DNA from: Candidatus Methylomirabilales bacterium
GTDB lineage: Bacteria > Methylomirabilota > Methylomirabilia > Methylomirabilales > CSP1-5
Direction of reading: 5' to 3'
Assembly: GCA_046758505.1 (NCBI GenBank)
Contig: JBHIAH010000029.1
Coordinates: 1-27,166 of the forward strand
Length of the DNA: 27,166 nt
Shown here: in pieces, positions 25,911-27,166 of the stretch
Layout: every line of letters starts with the position of its first letter
Position numbering within the stretch: position 1 is the stretch's first letter
Translations under genes and position numbers: made by a program
Notes under the pieces: model-generated
Seen by the model: only the letters and a program-made list of their open reading frames with translations
The model's database searches: none
What the model was told of the DNA's origin: nothing

Positions 25911-26059
25911 CAGTCCCCTCGTGTCGGCAGCACACCCCGCTGTGGTGCTCCCTCTCCTCTTTGTCCGCCCGACCTTTGTGGGATGGGGGAGGGGACCGCT
26001 CGAGCATGGGGCTGGACTCCGGTGATGTCGACCCTCCGGCCGGGGGAAGCGGGGCGGCG

Positions 26060-26359
26060 TTATTCCTGCGGGAAGGCAATAATCACGGCATCCAGGTGAA
26101 GTACCCGGTACTCGTCGGTTCCGAGGTAGAAATAATGCCCCTCCACCCCTTCGGGGCTCTCTTCGAAGGCCACCAGGGTCCCCACATCGGGCATCTCCCG
26201 AAAGGTATTGGCCCCCGCGTCGAAGCCGTCCCCGGCGGCGACCACCCGGCCGTACCTCATGGCGGAACCGCGCGGGCAGTGGATCGTAAGGCCTGATGGT
26301 GGCTCTGAGAGAAGCTGCACTACAAAATTGACCCCGTACACTTTATGATGCGGCAGCAT
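26060..26359 (-). CDS. divergent GroES/Cpn10-like protein (99 aa)
   Basis: Strong SD before ATG 26359. HKVYGVNFVVQ / SGLTIH / GRVVAAGDG / VGTLVAF / EYRVLHLDAVI correspond in order to the GroES motifs PLxDRVxV / xGGIxL / GxVVAVGxG / VGDxVxF / EYLIxxExDIL (alignment by eye). Confidence 0.65.
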   Translation of the reverse strand: MLPHHKVYGVNFVVQLLSEPPSGLTIHCPRGSAMRYGRVVAAGDGFDAGANTFREMPDVGTLVAFEESPEGVEGHYFYLGTDEYRVLHLDAVIIAFPQE

Positions 26360-26470
26360 GACCCCTCCCCTCCTGACGTGGATAGGGAACATCATAGCAC
26401 ATTATCGCCCGCGTCGTTAGGGCTTCGGATAATTTCTGGCCCCCTGACGGGGCCGCTGGCGAGAGAAGGG

Positions 26471-26499
26471 TTGGCAATTTCTGCTTGGGGGGGTACACT
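26471..26499 (+). promoter_or_regulatory. sigma-70-type promoter of the glutaredoxin gene
   Basis: TTGGCA-N17-TACACT. Confidence 0.5.
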
Positions 26500-26536
26500 C
26501 GATGGGCGCGCTGCCCGCGAGGGAACGGGGGGGAGG

Positions 26537-27052
26537 ATGATGCGGGAGGTCACAGTCTTTTACGCCACCGGCTGAAGCTCCTGTCATTTGGCGGTGGAGC
26601 TTCTGTCGCAGAAAGGGGTGCGATTTACCGCCAAAAATATTGCCGAGGATAGCAAGGCCAGAGAGGAGTTGACCCAGTGGACCGGCCGGATGAGTGTTCC
26701 GATGATTGTGGTGAACGGGAAGGTGGTGGTTGGCTTTGACCGTGGGCGCCTCGGGAGTCCCCGGGGCTCGTCTGATCGGGTCGGAAGGCAGGGGGACGGG
26801 GAGATGTTGTGCCCCGTCGACAGTGGACGACCCGACGGGGCGTGCGGGCCACCAGAGGCCCGGAGCCCAGGGGGGAAAGAAAGAGGGGAGCATGTAGTCG
26901 TTCCGCGCCCGGTGGCCGAGGGAGTGGATGCGGCCATCATCAGGGCGCGGGCCACGGATTTTGGCCTCATGGTGGAAAAGCCGCAAGGGAAAAGGCGAAG
27001 GGGGCGTTGTCCTCGGTTGCCTCATCCCGCCTTTGTACCGTATCGTGAGTGA
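26537..27052 (+). CDS. NrdH/glutaredoxin-like protein with in-frame UGA (UxxC), probable selenoprotein. The Grx domain ends ~26752 and the C-terminal tail is doubtful.
   Basis: MMREVTVFYATG-TGA(26573-75)-SSCHLAVELLSQKGVRFTAKNI...TGRMSVPMIVVNGKVVVGFDRGRL. The TGA occupies the first Cys position of CxxC, and ORFs 26345-26575 and 26588-27052 are in the same frame. Confidence 0.8.
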
Positions 27053-27112
27053 ACAGCAGGCTCGCAGGACTCAAGGAATGGTCTGATAGTACCGGAGAAA
27101 AGGAGGGGAGAG

Positions 27113-27166
27113 ATGGCGAAGGACACCTTAACCATCACCGACAACCGCACCGGCAAGACCTACGAG
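27113..27166 (+). CDS. gltA: citrate synthase, N-terminal fragment
   Basis: SD AAGGAGG and MAKDTLTITDNRTGKTYE, a typical citrate synthase N-terminus. Only 18 codons are visible. Confidence 0.75.
   Translation, partial: MAKDTLTITDNRTGKTYE

Noticed and set aside
26345..26575. 76-aa ORF ending at TGA 26575 as an independent gene
   Set aside because: Only its last 12 codons look real, and they are the N-terminus of the UGA-containing glutaredoxin.

Overview
GC-rich bacterial chromosomal segment, probably from a Methylomirabilota or deltaproteobacteria-like organism (inference from gene content only). It holds about 24 protein genes, mostly metabolic, regulatory or envelope functions: a 3'-truncated PilX-like gene with a sigma-54 promoter, an NtrC-family activator, amidohydrolase, endonuclease III, M28-PA-PDZ peptidase, nitrilase, LPPGL-repeat lipoprotein, DUF169, MBL hydrolase, Zn-ADH, PaaI thioesterase, AttH-like lipocalin, ECF sigma/anti-sigma/DUF4139, ferredoxin-NADP reductase, cyclase, NYN-OST protein, AttEFG-like ABC transporter, SDR, a divergent GroES-like protein, a glutaredoxin with an in-frame UGA, and the start of citrate synthase. 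I found no rRNA, tRNA, CRISPR array or transposase. The most notable signals are: (1) a ~430-bp non-coding element with covarying helices and inverted termini, present at 4968-5432 and as a rearranged composite at 18015-18927; (2) a probable selenocysteine (UxxC) glutaredoxin that the ORF track splits in two, divergent from an orphan GroES-like gene; (3) inverted and nested heptamer arrays in intergenic regions; (4) readable sigma-54 and ECF promoter architectures, plus a terminator-containing leader upstream of a NYN nuclease gene.
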